From assembly GCA_963702315.1 (NCBI GenBank), contig CAVPCA010000049.1, positions 9,111 through 73,110 of the forward strand: DNA of 64,000 bases, written 5' to 3'. The position numbers were made by a program, and so were the translations under genes. Within the stretch, counting starts at the first letter, position 1. Each line of letters begins with the position of its first letter. The DNA is from an uncultured Pseudomonadota bacterium. Lineage in GTDB: Bacteria; Pseudomonadota; Gammaproteobacteria; Coxiellales; Coxiellaceae. A model generated the notes under the pieces. It saw only the letters and a program-made list of their open reading frames with translations, was not told the DNA's origin and did not search any database. Positions 1 to 9,769 of the stretch are shown piece by piece.

Positions 1-747
1 CCAATCTGGTGTTTCTTCATCTAAAAATTCCTTCTGTTGAGCTAAAAATTCAGCTATTTTCTCTTGTATTTGTTGAATGATTTTAGAATCGTCAATAGGA
101 ATTTCATCTAATTCAATAGATTCCTTTGACAGCTTTCCGGGATTTAATTTATTATTGACCGTCACAGCCACTTTACAAAAAATTTCCAGTCCATCCAACC
201 CGGCGGCCACTCCTAGTAAAATGGCTGATCCCCCCATCGTGACTGGAATCAACGCGATGCCTGCACCTGTTAATAATATTTTGGCAATTTCATTGGCAAT
301 AGCTAATTTATTATCTTTTTCTTTTAGTTTCAAACCTAAATTCAAACCTTTTCCTAACAAATTGAGACCCGGAAGAGCATGGCCTGCTACACTGGCAACT
401 TTAATCGCATGGGTAGCGTGTTGACCGAGTCCCGCTCCCCATTTGGCGGCATCATTTACTAAGATGGCAGATCTCGCACGAAATCCTTTAGCTTCTTTTA
501 AAGATGCAGGGCCTTTTCGGTTATTAGAAAGTGCTCTTAGGGCAGCAGTCACTAATCCTAAATCAATAAATTTCATATCTAAGGAATTATCCATGACATG
601 GGCGGCCAGCATTGTGCCGGCTGAGGCGACACCTTCCCCTCCTTGTAAAATTTTCTCTTGAGCAACTGATTTTTCTTCTTTTTTAGATTTATTCTGGTTT
701 TTGACAGGTGAAAAATATTTTTTTGCTGATTCTATAAACTTCTTCAT
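1..747 (-). CDS. hypothetical protein, C-terminus beyond window edge (249 codons visible)
   Basis: Hand translation of the reverse strand from ATG at 747 (MKKFIESAKKYFSPVKNQNK...) stays open to position 1. It is absent from the ORF track because no stop lies in the window. No family recognised. Confidence 0.55.
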   Translation of the reverse strand, partial: MKKFIESAKKYFSPVKNQNKSKKEEKSVAQEKILQGGEGVASAGTMLAAHVMDNSLDMKFIDLGLVTAALRALSNNRKGPASLKEAKGFRARSAILVNDAAKWGAGLGQHATHAIKVASVAGHALPGLNLLGKGLNLGLKLKEKDNKLAIANEIAKILLTGAGIALIPVTMGGSAILLGVAAGLDGLEIFCKVAVTVNNKLNPGKLSKESIELDEIPIDDSKIIQQIQEKIAEFLAQQKEFLDEETPDW

Positions 748-905
748 ACCTTTTTCTCTCAATATTTGTTTTTAAGATTTTTTTTCGTATCTTATTTTCG
801 TTATATTTTTTATATTTTACTGAGCAAATATTAAGAACTTGTTAAATCTGGAACGAACTTATCATTATTTTTGCAGGTTTTAATAGAGTTTTATTAGGGT
901 TTTAT

Positions 906-1090
906 TAAACCTAAATTCCGCAATTGCCTCCTACTGCGAAGACCTATTGCACTGAATCTTGAGGATTTTTTGTGGATTTTTTCCTTCACCGTACGGATGA
1001 GTACGGCTTCAGGAAAAAATCCACAAAAAATCCTCAATCTTCAGCGCACTAGGTCTTCTCGTTACGGAGGCAACTGCGGAATTTAGGTTA
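906..1090. repeat. long imperfect palindrome (arms ~79 nt, loop ~27 nt with its own small hairpin)
   Basis: Left arm TAAACCTAAATTCCGCAATTGCC...GGATTTTTTCC (906-984) is the near reverse complement of 1012-1090. The loop contains CCGTAC..GTACGG. Confidence 0.85.
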
Positions 1091-1315
1091 AAGAGACTTA
1101 AAGAAAAATTAAGAATTTAAGGTCTAGCGCCTCGTCAACATTAAATTTACGGGTTAGCGCTGACACGTCATCCTTGCTTTATGATTTATAGTCAAAATTA
1201 GCATAATTCAAGATTAAGGGCCCTAAGATCAAAGCGCCTATGCTTGTGTAATAACATTCCAATAGGCATAATACTTCTTAGTTTTAGTTTTTTAGTTAAA
1301 AAAAGGAGAATCATT

Positions 1316-2122
1316 ATGAAATACACAGAGTTTGAGAACTATTTTATGATCAACAAACCGAAAACTTCGACCAGAGTAGATAATGATTTCCAGCTTCATG
1401 CACGAAAAAGAGACCTTCTCACTCTGCTTGAATTTTCTATTCCTCAATTAACGACATTCAACCCCATACTTGATACAACTTTCTATCAGGAATTAGATAA
1501 AGCAGCTCTAGCTTGTGTGGATGATTTTACGCGTGGTACTGGGCACGAGGATCATGATTTAGACGACAAGCCTTATTATGTAACGTTACTTGAACATACC
1601 AAATCCTTAATGCCTCACACAAAGCTATCGTTATCAAATGAAAATTTTATAAGCATTGCTTTTTCAAATGAAGCACTGAGAGATTATTTCGGGATGTGTT
1701 TAGGAGGCATTCAACAGACCTTTAGTCTGCAAGAACAAGAATCGATTCGAGACGATATTAAAAAAACATTCCCAGGCGCTCATAAAGATATCAGCACTGC
1801 TGTTACAACTCTTGAGGACCATCTGAATATTTTTATTGCTGCTGTGATTGACCCAGAATCTAAAAGGGCTTATCCATTATTTAAAAATAATGAAATACGT
1901 AAAGTTTTCTATAGCTTTTTTGATTTTGATAATGAATTTTGGAAAAACGGAGTCTTAACGAATCCTGTAGTATTTAAATTTATGAGTATGGACTTTTTTC
2001 TGAGTAATCGGCAGTTAAACAGCACGAAAAACATAATGCTTTATACCTTCTTTCATAATTCTATGCCAAAACCTCTGGTAGATATCATAGTTGATTATTG
2101 TTTTGAACCCCCGACCTTTTAA
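1316..2122 (+). CDS. hypothetical protein (paralogue family with 3122..3479)
   Basis: ORF 1244..2122 trimmed to the ATG at 1316, which is preceded by AAGGAGA. No family recognised. Confidence 0.6.
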   Translation: MKYTEFENYFMINKPKTSTRVDNDFQLHARKRDLLTLLEFSIPQLTTFNPILDTTFYQELDKAALACVDDFTRGTGHEDHDLDDKPYYVTLLEHTKSLMPHTKLSLSNENFISIAFSNEALRDYFGMCLGGIQQTFSLQEQESIRDDIKKTFPGAHKDISTAVTTLEDHLNIFIAAVIDPESKRAYPLFKNNEIRKVFYSFFDFDNEFWKNGVLTNPVVFKFMSMDFFLSNRQLNSTKNIMLYTFFHNSMPKPLVDIIVDYCFEPPTF

Positions 2123-2330
2123 TAATCATATACTTTCAATTTGGGGATCTGATAATCTGAAAATAAGATTTTAAAGTAATTTAATTGTTAGGGACGGGCA
2201 GCCGGAGAAGCAAATTAGCCTGAGATTGCTGGTTGCCTCGCTGATCCGTTGCCGCCCAGCAATTTCCGCTGAAGCGGAAATTGCTTCCTGGTTTAGATGC
2301 TGTGTCGCAGCAAAGCTGCAACTCAGCAAT

Positions 2331-2377
2331 GAAGGGGGAGATCGCTGCCGCTCTTCTCCCCCTTGCGAACCCCCATC
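2331..2377. repeat. GC-rich REP-like hairpin repeat, copy 1
   Basis: GAAGGGGGAGA..TCTCCCCCTTGCGAACCCCCATC. A near-identical unit lies at 8935-8976. Confidence 0.7.
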
Positions 2378-2433
2378 AGGTAGAGAAAAAAATATCAAAA
2401 AAAATAATACCGAAAAGCACTAAACTTTCATTA

Positions 2434-2599
2434 GGTTGTTGAGCGAGCCCGTTGACGCAGAGCCCGGAGGAATATCATTGCCAGATCCTCTTTTTACAAG
2501 GATGTAAAAAGAGGAAGCGCCCCACGGAGGGTCGTTCAAGCGGTCTGGCAATGATATTCCTTCGATGCGGCCAGGCGGCAACGGGCTCGCTCAACAACC
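2434..2599. repeat. long nested palindrome (~166 bp)
   Basis: GGTTGTTGAGCGAGCCCGTTG...CAACGGGCTCGCTCAACAACC, with inner pairs GGAATATCATTGCCAGA/TCTGGCAATGATATTCC and CCTCTTTTTAC/GTAAAAAGAGG. Confidence 0.85.
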
Positions 2600-2638
2600 A
2601 GCAGGCTTTGGGTAATTTGCAATAATTTGCATCAATGC

Positions 2639-2983
2639 TCATCCTGGAGGCCAGTGCATTTCGCGGCCGCCGAGTAGATGTAAATGGATGTGATAAACCA
2701 ATTGTCCGCCGCCTTTGTTACAGTTAATAGAAACGCGGTAACCGGGTTCGGCAATGCCCATTTTTGCGGCAATATTTTTGGCAGTTTGGATTAAATGGCC
2801 CGCTAAAAATGTATCCTCAGCGGTTAGATCGTTTAAGGTGGCAATATGTTTTTTGGGAATAATTAAATAATGTGTGGGGGCTTTGGGATTAATATCCGGA
2901 AAGGCAAGCACCTGATCATCCTCATACACAATGGTGCTGGGAATTGCTTTATTGACAATTCTACAAAAAATACAATCCTTCAT
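2639..2983 (-). CDS. hinT: HIT-family (histidine triad) nucleotide-binding protein
   Basis: 114 aa with the HIHLHLLGG histidine triad and a typical HinT N-terminus, CIFCRIV. Confidence 0.9.
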   Translation of the reverse strand: MKDCIFCRIVNKAIPSTIVYEDDQVLAFPDINPKAPTHYLIIPKKHIATLNDLTAEDTFLAGHLIQTAKNIAAKMGIAEPGYRVSINCNKGGGQLVYHIHLHLLGGREMHWPPG

Positions 2984-3121
2984 GCTTACTCCTTGCTTTA
3001 TGTGTTATGGTCGAAATTAGCATAATTCAAGGTTAAAATCAAAACGAATCGATAACTATAGCTTGCACAATAGCTTCCCAATAGGAATAATATGCCCTTA
3101 ACTAAAAAAGGGGAAGTCATC

Positions 3122-3479
3122 ATGAAATATTTAGATTTTTATAATAATTTTAAAAAAGCAAAACCGGTAGGCGACGCCAGAATGGGTGGTGACCAATTCT
3201 ATACTTTATGCACGAAAACAAATTATTCTCGAGCAGCTTGAATTGAGCCTTCGATTGAAGAAAGAAAATCCCATGCTTGATCAAGCTTTCTATTCTATGC
3301 TAGAAAAAGCAACTCAGGATCTTAACGATGATTTTGAGCATAGTTATGATAACAACATTACCAATATGTTGATCAGTAAGCCTTATTATTCAGAATTACG
3401 CGAATATACCGCATGTTTATTGCCACATCAGGCATTACTGAGAATGCTAAGCGATTTTATACGCATAACTACATCATGA
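3122..3479 (+). pseudogene. truncated and frameshifted paralogue of 1316..2122
   Basis: MKYLDFYNNF... aligns with MKYTEFENYF..., and the frame changes near 3205-3210. ...HARKQIILEQLELS...KPYYSELREYTACLLPH parallels HARKRDLLTLLEFS...KPYYVTLLEHTKSLMPH. It ends after ~120 codons versus 268 in the full copy. Confidence 0.6.
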
Positions 3480-3535
3480 AAGATTATCACTACGGACCTT
3501 AACTTAACTCAGGAGTTCCCACGGAGGGGAGCCTT

Positions 3536-3931
3536 TTATGACAGAGATAATAGCGTATCTTGCTTGCGCAAAATAAATAGGGCAAGACAGCCCATTAACA
3601 TCGGCCAAATTGAAAAAAATAAAATATTTTCACCCTGAAAAGGCGGCCAATAGTATCGATAAGCGGCAATGGTATAAGCGGCAGTAATTAAAAATACTAA
3701 AATGTAAGACAACGTTTTTTGAAAACCAATCAGGAAACAAGCGGCCAATAGAACTTCAAATGCGCCTAATGTATAAATTAGCATGGTGGGTAACACCGGC
3801 AGATGATAGAGATGATTTAAACTAGCAGCAGCAGCGCCAGGACGTAAGAATTTATCAACCGCCCAAATTAACAATGCGGCAAACACGCCAATTCTCAATA
3901 ATAACAAACAAATCGGTACTGGTTTTTTCAT
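3536..3931 (-). CDS. small polytopic membrane protein, DoxX-like
   Basis: 131 aa with about 4 hydrophobic spans. It has a 4-nt overlap with the gdhB stop/start, suggesting co-transcription. The family call is tentative. Confidence 0.4.
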   Translation of the reverse strand: MKKPVPICLLLLRIGVFAALLIWAVDKFLRPGAAAASLNHLYHLPVLPTMLIYTLGAFEVLLAACFLIGFQKTLSYILVFLITAAYTIAAYRYYWPPFQGENILFFSIWPMLMGCLALFILRKQDTLLSLS

Positions 3932-6900
3932 TGATTCATACTTCCTATTTGCGCTAAATTCGCTAATACACGAATGGCGACAGAAATCACTGCAAATTCT
4001 TTCACACCAATGCTGCGCAGGTCAGTCAATATATTTCGCCAACGTTCCACTAAATGCCGCCTTCTATCTAACCATGCATCCACTTGCTCTTCAACATTTT
4101 CAGTTTCAGGATGGATGTGCCGTAAAACTTCAGCGGTCAATTGTCTTTCTAATACATCTAAATCGGCTTTGTAAGAGGATTTTGCTAAAAATACCCAGTA
4201 GCTGTCTCCCCCCTCATACGCATTAATTTGCCTCCTAAACCAAATTAATCTTAATCGATCTATCAAAATAAAATAAACTTGTGCGACGTGTTTGATATCG
4301 ATCATTTTTTTAGTGGCAACTTCCACAATATTTAAAGCATGATAAATAGGTTCAATGCAAGCAATTCTTAATGCAATATCATGCGGCACATTGGCGGCTA
4401 TCAAAGTTTCTTGACGCGTTTCTAAACTGGCTTTATCTTCACCTAAAATATATTTGGGCAAGCGCCGGAATAAATGCACAATCGGATCAGCAAAACCGGT
4501 AATAATCTCGTGAATATCCAAATGTTCCTGAAATTGACGTAATAACCAACGCGATGCACGCCTTACCAAGGTAACAATTTCTTCGTTTATTTCATATTGC
4601 ACAAAAGCGTTTATTTTATAATCCAATGACTCAATATCAGTATAAAACTCACTCATATGAAAGATACTGCGCGCTGCAGTATAAGCACGCACAATCATCG
4701 GCACGGTGGCGCCGGTTTCATCTTGCATTTGAAAAACAAAGGTGACTCCCATGTCCGCAATTAACCGGTTACATAATTGCGTAGCAATAATTTCACGCCG
4801 CAAACGATGGGTGTTCAATTCTTCATGAAATTCTTTACGTAACGGCGTCGGGAATGGTTCTTTTACCCGTTGTGATAAATAAGGATCTTCCGGTAAATCT
4901 GAATCCAAGATCTGCTCTTTTAAATTGATCTTGCTATAAGCCAACAAAATCGACATTTCCGGTTTGGTAATGCCTTGTCCGCTCAATTTACGTTGCTTTA
5001 ATTCTTTATTGCTCGGCAAAAATTCAAGTTCACGGTCTAATTTTCCAGCCTGTTCCAAAGCAGTGATATGGCTAATAAACAATCCTGAATGTTTTTTTGA
5101 TAAGGCAGACAACCAACTAATCGCGCGATTTTGCTGATAATTATTTTGCAAGACTAATTCAGCCACTTCCTGGGTCATCTCAGCCAAAAGTTTATTTCGA
5201 TAGCCCATATCAATTTTATGCAGGGCGACGGCCTGATTGAGCAATATTTTGATATTGACTTCATGGTCTGAACAATCCACCCCACCGGAATTGTCGACAA
5301 AGTCGGTATTAATTTTTCCTTCATTGAGCTCGTATTCTATGCGCGCGAGCTGAGTAAAGCCTAAATTCCCACCTTCACAAACCACGCGTGCGCGTAATTG
5401 ATCGGCGTTAATCCGCAATGCATCATTGCTGTGATCGCCTACATCATGGTTAGATTCGCCACTCGCTTTAACGTAAGTGCCTATTCCACCGTTCCAAATC
5501 ATATCCACCGGCGCTTTTAACAACGCACGAATTAAATCGCTGGGAATCATCGCATCTTTATCGGTATCCAATAATTTCTGGATTGGGCCGGTTAAACTAA
5601 TCGACTTCAGCGCACGTGAATAAATACCGCCGCCAGCTGAAATTAACTCTCTTTTGTAATCCGCCCAAGAAGAACGGGGTAAGTTGAACAACCGTAACCG
5701 TTCTTCAAAATTGGCTTGTAAATCTTTAGGATCTGGATCTAAAAATATATGTTGATGATTGAATGCGCCCACCAGCTTTAAATGGGGAGATAACAACATG
5801 CCATTGCCAAATACGTCGCCACTCATATCCCCAATACCCACTACGGAAATGGGATTTTCATCAATATCAATGCCTAATTCCTGAAATTGGCGTTTGGCAG
5901 ATACCCAAGAGCCACGCGCGGTAATGCCCATTTTTTTATGATCATATCCAATGGACCCACCCGAGGCGAAAGCATCGCCCAGCCAATACCCTTTTTCTAA
6001 AGCAATGCTATTGGCGATATCAGAAAATGTCGCCGTTCCTTTATCCGCTGCAACCACCAAATAGGTATCTGCTTCGTCATAGCAGGTGGTGTCCAAGGGA
6101 GCTACGACATTGTTGTTTTGTAAATTATCGGTCAGGTCCAACAAGGCGTAAATAAATTCCCGATAACAAGCAATCGCTTCTTCAAGAATTTCTTCTCGAG
6201 AGCCGTCAACGGGTAAATTCTTGGGAAAAAATCCGCCTTTCGCCCCACCAGGTACAATCACGGCATTTTTAACGCGTTGCGCCTTCATTAATCCTAATAC
6301 TTCCGTACGAAAATCTTCACGACGATCCGACCAACGGATGCCACCGCGCGCGACAGTTGCAGCGCGTAAATGCACGCCTTCCACACGCGGGGAATACACA
6401 AAGATTTCAAACATCGGAATAGGCAAAGGCATTTCAGGAATTTTTTGCGGGTTTAGTTTAAAAGACAAACTGTTTTTAAAATGTCCCATAGCGTCCACTT
6501 GAAAATAATTGGTGCGCATGGTGGCGTTAATCACATGTAAATAGCGCCGCAGAATGCGATCGTCATCTAAGCTACTGACTTTATCTAATTGCTTGTAAAT
6601 ATCTTCTTCGATTTGCAGACATAATCCTGCTCGATTCTCAATCGATTTGAGATTAAAACGTGTTTGAAATAACTCTATTAATAATTTAGCAATCGCTGGA
6701 TTATTGACCAAGGCTTGGGCAATATAGGCTTGGCTTAAATTAAAGCCAATTTGGCGCAAATAACGGGCGTATCCACGCAACACCGAAATTTCCCGCCACC
6801 CCAATTGTGCTTCTAAAACCAATCGATTAAATGAATCATTTTCCGCCAATCCTAACCAAGTTTTATTAAATGCTTGCTGAAAAATACCTTTAACTTGTTC

Positions 6901-8736
6901 AACTTCAAATTCCGGCTCACGCAGATAGGTCATGCCGAAATCATTAATCCAAAATTGGCTGCCATCTTTGCGAGTGATCGAATACGCTTGTTCACTTTCC
7001 ACGCGCAAGCCCATATTTTCGAGCATGGGCAAAGCATCAGATAAAGAAACGGTAAATTTAGAACGGTATAATTTAAAACGAATCACATCTTTTGATGCAC
7101 CGAGTGGGCGGTAAAAACTCATCCCTAAAGATTTATCGGTGGCTAATTTTTCAAGTTCTTCAATATCGAAAATGGCGTTACGCGGCGTAAAAGTTTCTCG
7201 ATAGCCGGCTGGAAAGGCATGGATGTAATGATTAATAATCAATGGCCCCCTCTCCTGACCAAAATGCTCGAGCGCACTGATGCGGAAACCATCTTGCCAG
7301 GATTGGCCAATAATAATTAATTTTTGTTCCAGTGGTTTCAGTTGATAAGCTCGACGCTGGGTTGGATCAACCCGCACCGTATAATCAATTCTCACTAAAA
7401 TGGAGGAAGAAAACTGTGTGCTAAAGCCCACTTCTAAACCCCCCAATTCGTTTTGTAAAATATCTTGCATCTCGCGTACGAGATCGGAATTAAAATTTTC
7501 TCGAGGGACAAAAACTAAACAATAAATAAACCGTTTAAATGTATCTTCGTAAATAAATAAACGGATCCTGCGCCTTTCCTGCAAATATAAAATATCCATC
7601 GCCAGTTCATAAAGTTGTTCTACATTGGCTTGAAACAGGATATCACGCGGTAAAAAAGCAAGGATATGCAATAAATCTTTGCCGGCATGACTGCGCGGCG
7701 GCAATCCAGATTTATGAATAATGGCTTCTACTTTTTTGCGAATAATGGGAATTATTTTCGGAGAAACAATATAAGCACTGGAAGTAAATAACCCAATAAA
7801 ACAGTATTCGCTAACCAACTCTCCCTGTTCATTGAACTCTCTAAAAGAAATATAATCGGTGTAGGCATTGCGATGTACAGTCGATCGAAAATTAGATTTT
7901 GAAATAATGACTGACCCAAGTTCCGGCGATACATTGGTTTCGAAAACTTGATCTTGAGTATTTTGTTTCAGAATTCCCAAACAAGATTTGGGATTCAGTA
8001 CTAAATTTTTATATTCGCAATAACCGAGAAAAGTAAAATGGTCTTCTAGTATCCATTCTAAAAAAGCAATCATTTCTTTTTTTTCTTCGGTCAAAAAATT
8101 ACTTTGCACATAATGCGCAATAATATTTTTTACTTTTTGACGCATCAACTGCCAATCAGCAACTGCCGATCGCACATCATTTAATACTTTGGTTAATTTA
8201 TTTTGGATTTGTTCTAAAACTTTTGGATCCGTTTGCCGGTCGATTTCCATATATATCGGCGCTTCAAGCAGTGCTTGCTCACGCTGCTCGGCAAACGCTA
8301 AAATCTCTTTGACGTTTCCATCTTTGTCTCTAACCACTCGCATGCCGCCCATATGGATCATCAGATAAATGGTTTGATCTACGGCCATGCGCATGGAATC
8401 CACCAAAAACGGCATGTCATCACTGACAACCTCAACGATGGTATGCGGCGATTGCCAACCCTCTTCAACGTAATGAGGATTAAATACTTTGATCTTCAAT
8501 TCACCGGCAGTTCTCTGATTCATCAATTGCCAGTGCGAGAGAACCGCCATATATAAATCAGTGATACTACGCGCCTCGAGTTCTTCTAAAGAAGAATGCA
8601 TAAAATAAAGCCTTATAAATTGCAGAAATTGGTCAATACCGCCTTGTTTAGGGTCCCATTTCTTATTGGCGTAAGCCACAATTTTGTCTATAAGCTCTTT
8701 ATTGCTCAAAGATGGTGTCCGCTGATTATTTGACAT
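3928..8736 (-). CDS. gdhB: NAD-specific glutamate dehydrogenase, large (~1,600 aa) class
   Basis: 1,602-aa uninterrupted ORF. Motifs GGIRWSDR, GGAKGGF and GIGDMSGDVFGNG are typical of the GdhB/Gdh4 family. Confidence 0.9.
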   Translation of the reverse strand: MSNNQRTPSLSNKELIDKIVAYANKKWDPKQGGIDQFLQFIRLYFMHSSLEELEARSITDLYMAVLSHWQLMNQRTAGELKIKVFNPHYVEEGWQSPHTIVEVVSDDMPFLVDSMRMAVDQTIYLMIHMGGMRVVRDKDGNVKEILAFAEQREQALLEAPIYMEIDRQTDPKVLEQIQNKLTKVLNDVRSAVADWQLMRQKVKNIIAHYVQSNFLTEEKKEMIAFLEWILEDHFTFLGYCEYKNLVLNPKSCLGILKQNTQDQVFETNVSPELGSVIISKSNFRSTVHRNAYTDYISFREFNEQGELVSEYCFIGLFTSSAYIVSPKIIPIIRKKVEAIIHKSGLPPRSHAGKDLLHILAFLPRDILFQANVEQLYELAMDILYLQERRRIRLFIYEDTFKRFIYCLVFVPRENFNSDLVREMQDILQNELGGLEVGFSTQFSSSILVRIDYTVRVDPTQRRAYQLKPLEQKLIIIGQSWQDGFRISALEHFGQERGPLIINHYIHAFPAGYRETFTPRNAIFDIEELEKLATDKSLGMSFYRPLGASKDVIRFKLYRSKFTVSLSDALPMLENMGLRVESEQAYSITRKDGSQFWINDFGMTYLREPEFEVEQVKGIFQQAFNKTWLGLAENDSFNRLVLEAQLGWREISVLRGYARYLRQIGFNLSQAYIAQALVNNPAIAKLLIELFQTRFNLKSIENRAGLCLQIEEDIYKQLDKVSSLDDDRILRRYLHVINATMRTNYFQVDAMGHFKNSLSFKLNPQKIPEMPLPIPMFEIFVYSPRVEGVHLRAATVARGGIRWSDRREDFRTEVLGLMKAQRVKNAVIVPGGAKGGFFPKNLPVDGSREEILEEAIACYREFIYALLDLTDNLQNNNVVAPLDTTCYDEADTYLVVAADKGTATFSDIANSIALEKGYWLGDAFASGGSIGYDHKKMGITARGSWVSAKRQFQELGIDIDENPISVVGIGDMSGDVFGNGMLLSPHLKLVGAFNHQHIFLDPDPKDLQANFEERLRLFNLPRSSWADYKRELISAGGGIYSRALKSISLTGPIQKLLDTDKDAMIPSDLIRALLKAPVDMIWNGGIGTYVKASGESNHDVGDHSNDALRINADQLRARVVCEGGNLGFTQLARIEYELNEGKINTDFVDNSGGVDCSDHEVNIKILLNQAVALHKIDMGYRNKLLAEMTQEVAELVLQNNYQQNRAISWLSALSKKHSGLFISHITALEQAGKLDRELEFLPSNKELKQRKLSGQGITKPEMSILLAYSKINLKEQILDSDLPEDPYLSQRVKEPFPTPLRKEFHEELNTHRLRREIIATQLCNRLIADMGVTFVFQMQDETGATVPMIVRAYTAARSIFHMSEFYTDIESLDYKINAFVQYEINEEIVTLVRRASRWLLRQFQEHLDIHEIITGFADPIVHLFRRLPKYILGEDKASLETRQETLIAANVPHDIALRIACIEPIYHALNIVEVATKKMIDIKHVAQVYFILIDRLRLIWFRRQINAYEGGDSYWVFLAKSSYKADLDVLERQLTAEVLRHIHPETENVEEQVDAWLDRRRHLVERWRNILTDLRSIGVKEFAVISVAIRVLANLAQIGSMNQ

Positions 8737-8934
8737 TGTTGTTGACCTTTATAATATAACTCATTGAATTTAATTGATTTGTATGAAACTGCATAATTTT
8801 TATGCATTCCTTATGGAAACATTAAGAAAATATTAAAAAACGCTTGCAATCGAGAAGAAAACCAGGTATCATATTGTAATAAGTACATAATTTTGTTTAC
8901 TGTCCTGCGCATCAGGAAACCTGATGCTTGGAAT

Positions 8935-8976
8935 GAAGGGGGAGAATCGCGGTTCTCCCCCTTGCGATCCCCCATC
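8935..8976. repeat. GC-rich REP-like hairpin repeat, copy 2
   Basis: GAAGGGGGAGAATCGCGGTTCTCCCCCTTGCGATCCCCCATC matches 2331-2377. Confidence 0.7.
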
Positions 8977-9079
8977 GCGAGATGAAGGGTCCATCAATTG
9001 CAAATTTGATTTAATATACACTCCTGTGAAGTGAAAAAAAAGAACTCCTGGAATGATTTAATATAAAGAGGTTTCTGTC

Positions 9080-9751
9080 ATGCGTATTCTACTGGTTGAA
9101 GACGATGAATTATTGGGCGACGGAATTCGCACGGGTTTAAAACATTACGGTTATACCGTGGATTGGGTAAAAGATGGCAAAACTGCTTTCCGGGTTGTGA
9201 CATCTCCCAATGAAGATTTCGATGTCATTGTTTTAGATTTGGGTTTACCCAAAATGTCTGGGTTGGATTTATTAGTCAGCATCAGGGAAAGACACATCGC
9301 CACCCCAGTGGTGATCCTCACCGCTCGTGAATCTGTAGAAGACCGGGTCAAAGGTTTAGACGCCGGGGCGGATGATTATCTCACCAAGCCTTTTGATTTA
9401 GACGAACTTTGTGCCCGTATGCGCGCTTTACAAAGGCGCTCAAAGGCCAGGACCAATCCCGTCATTACTTACGGAGACATCGAATTAGATCCGGCTTCTC
9501 ATATGGTGCACCAAGGAGGCAAAGACGCGAATATTTCCAGGCGTGAATTCGCATTGTTGCAAAAATTATTGGAAAATACTGGCCGCGTTATTTCGCGTGA
9601 ACAACTCAACCAAACTTTATATGGTTGGGGAGAAAACATAGACAGCAACGCCTTAGAAGTTCATATTCATAATTTACGCAAACGTTTTGGCACCAATTTA
9701 ATTCGCACTGTCCGCGGTGTAGGGTATATGATTGCCAAAGAAGAAAACTAG
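9080..9751 (+). CDS. OmpR-family response regulator (QseB/PmrA/BasR-like)
   Basis: Receiver domain (LLVEDD, DVIVLDLGLP, K at TKPF) followed by a winged-helix C-terminus (TVRGVGY). Confidence 0.9.
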   Translation: MRILLVEDDELLGDGIRTGLKHYGYTVDWVKDGKTAFRVVTSPNEDFDVIVLDLGLPKMSGLDLLVSIRERHIATPVVILTARESVEDRVKGLDAGADDYLTKPFDLDELCARMRALQRRSKARTNPVITYGDIELDPASHMVHQGGKDANISRREFALLQKLLENTGRVISREQLNQTLYGWGENIDSNALEVHIHNLRKRFGTNLIRTVRGVGYMIAKEEN

Positions 9752-9769
9752 GCAATATATGCATGCTTT

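Noticed and set aside
2171-2423. ORFs 2171..2398 (-) and 2226..2423 (+)
   Set aside because: They overlap each other on opposite strands and lie entirely in GC-rich REP-like or palindromic repeat sequence. They have no RBS and no family resemblance.
3974-8556. Short plus-strand ORFs inside gdhB, and similar antisense ORFs inside addA, ptsP, nrdA, the OTU gene and CSC1
   Set aside because: They are embedded antisense or out of frame within long conserved genes, and no independent signals support them.
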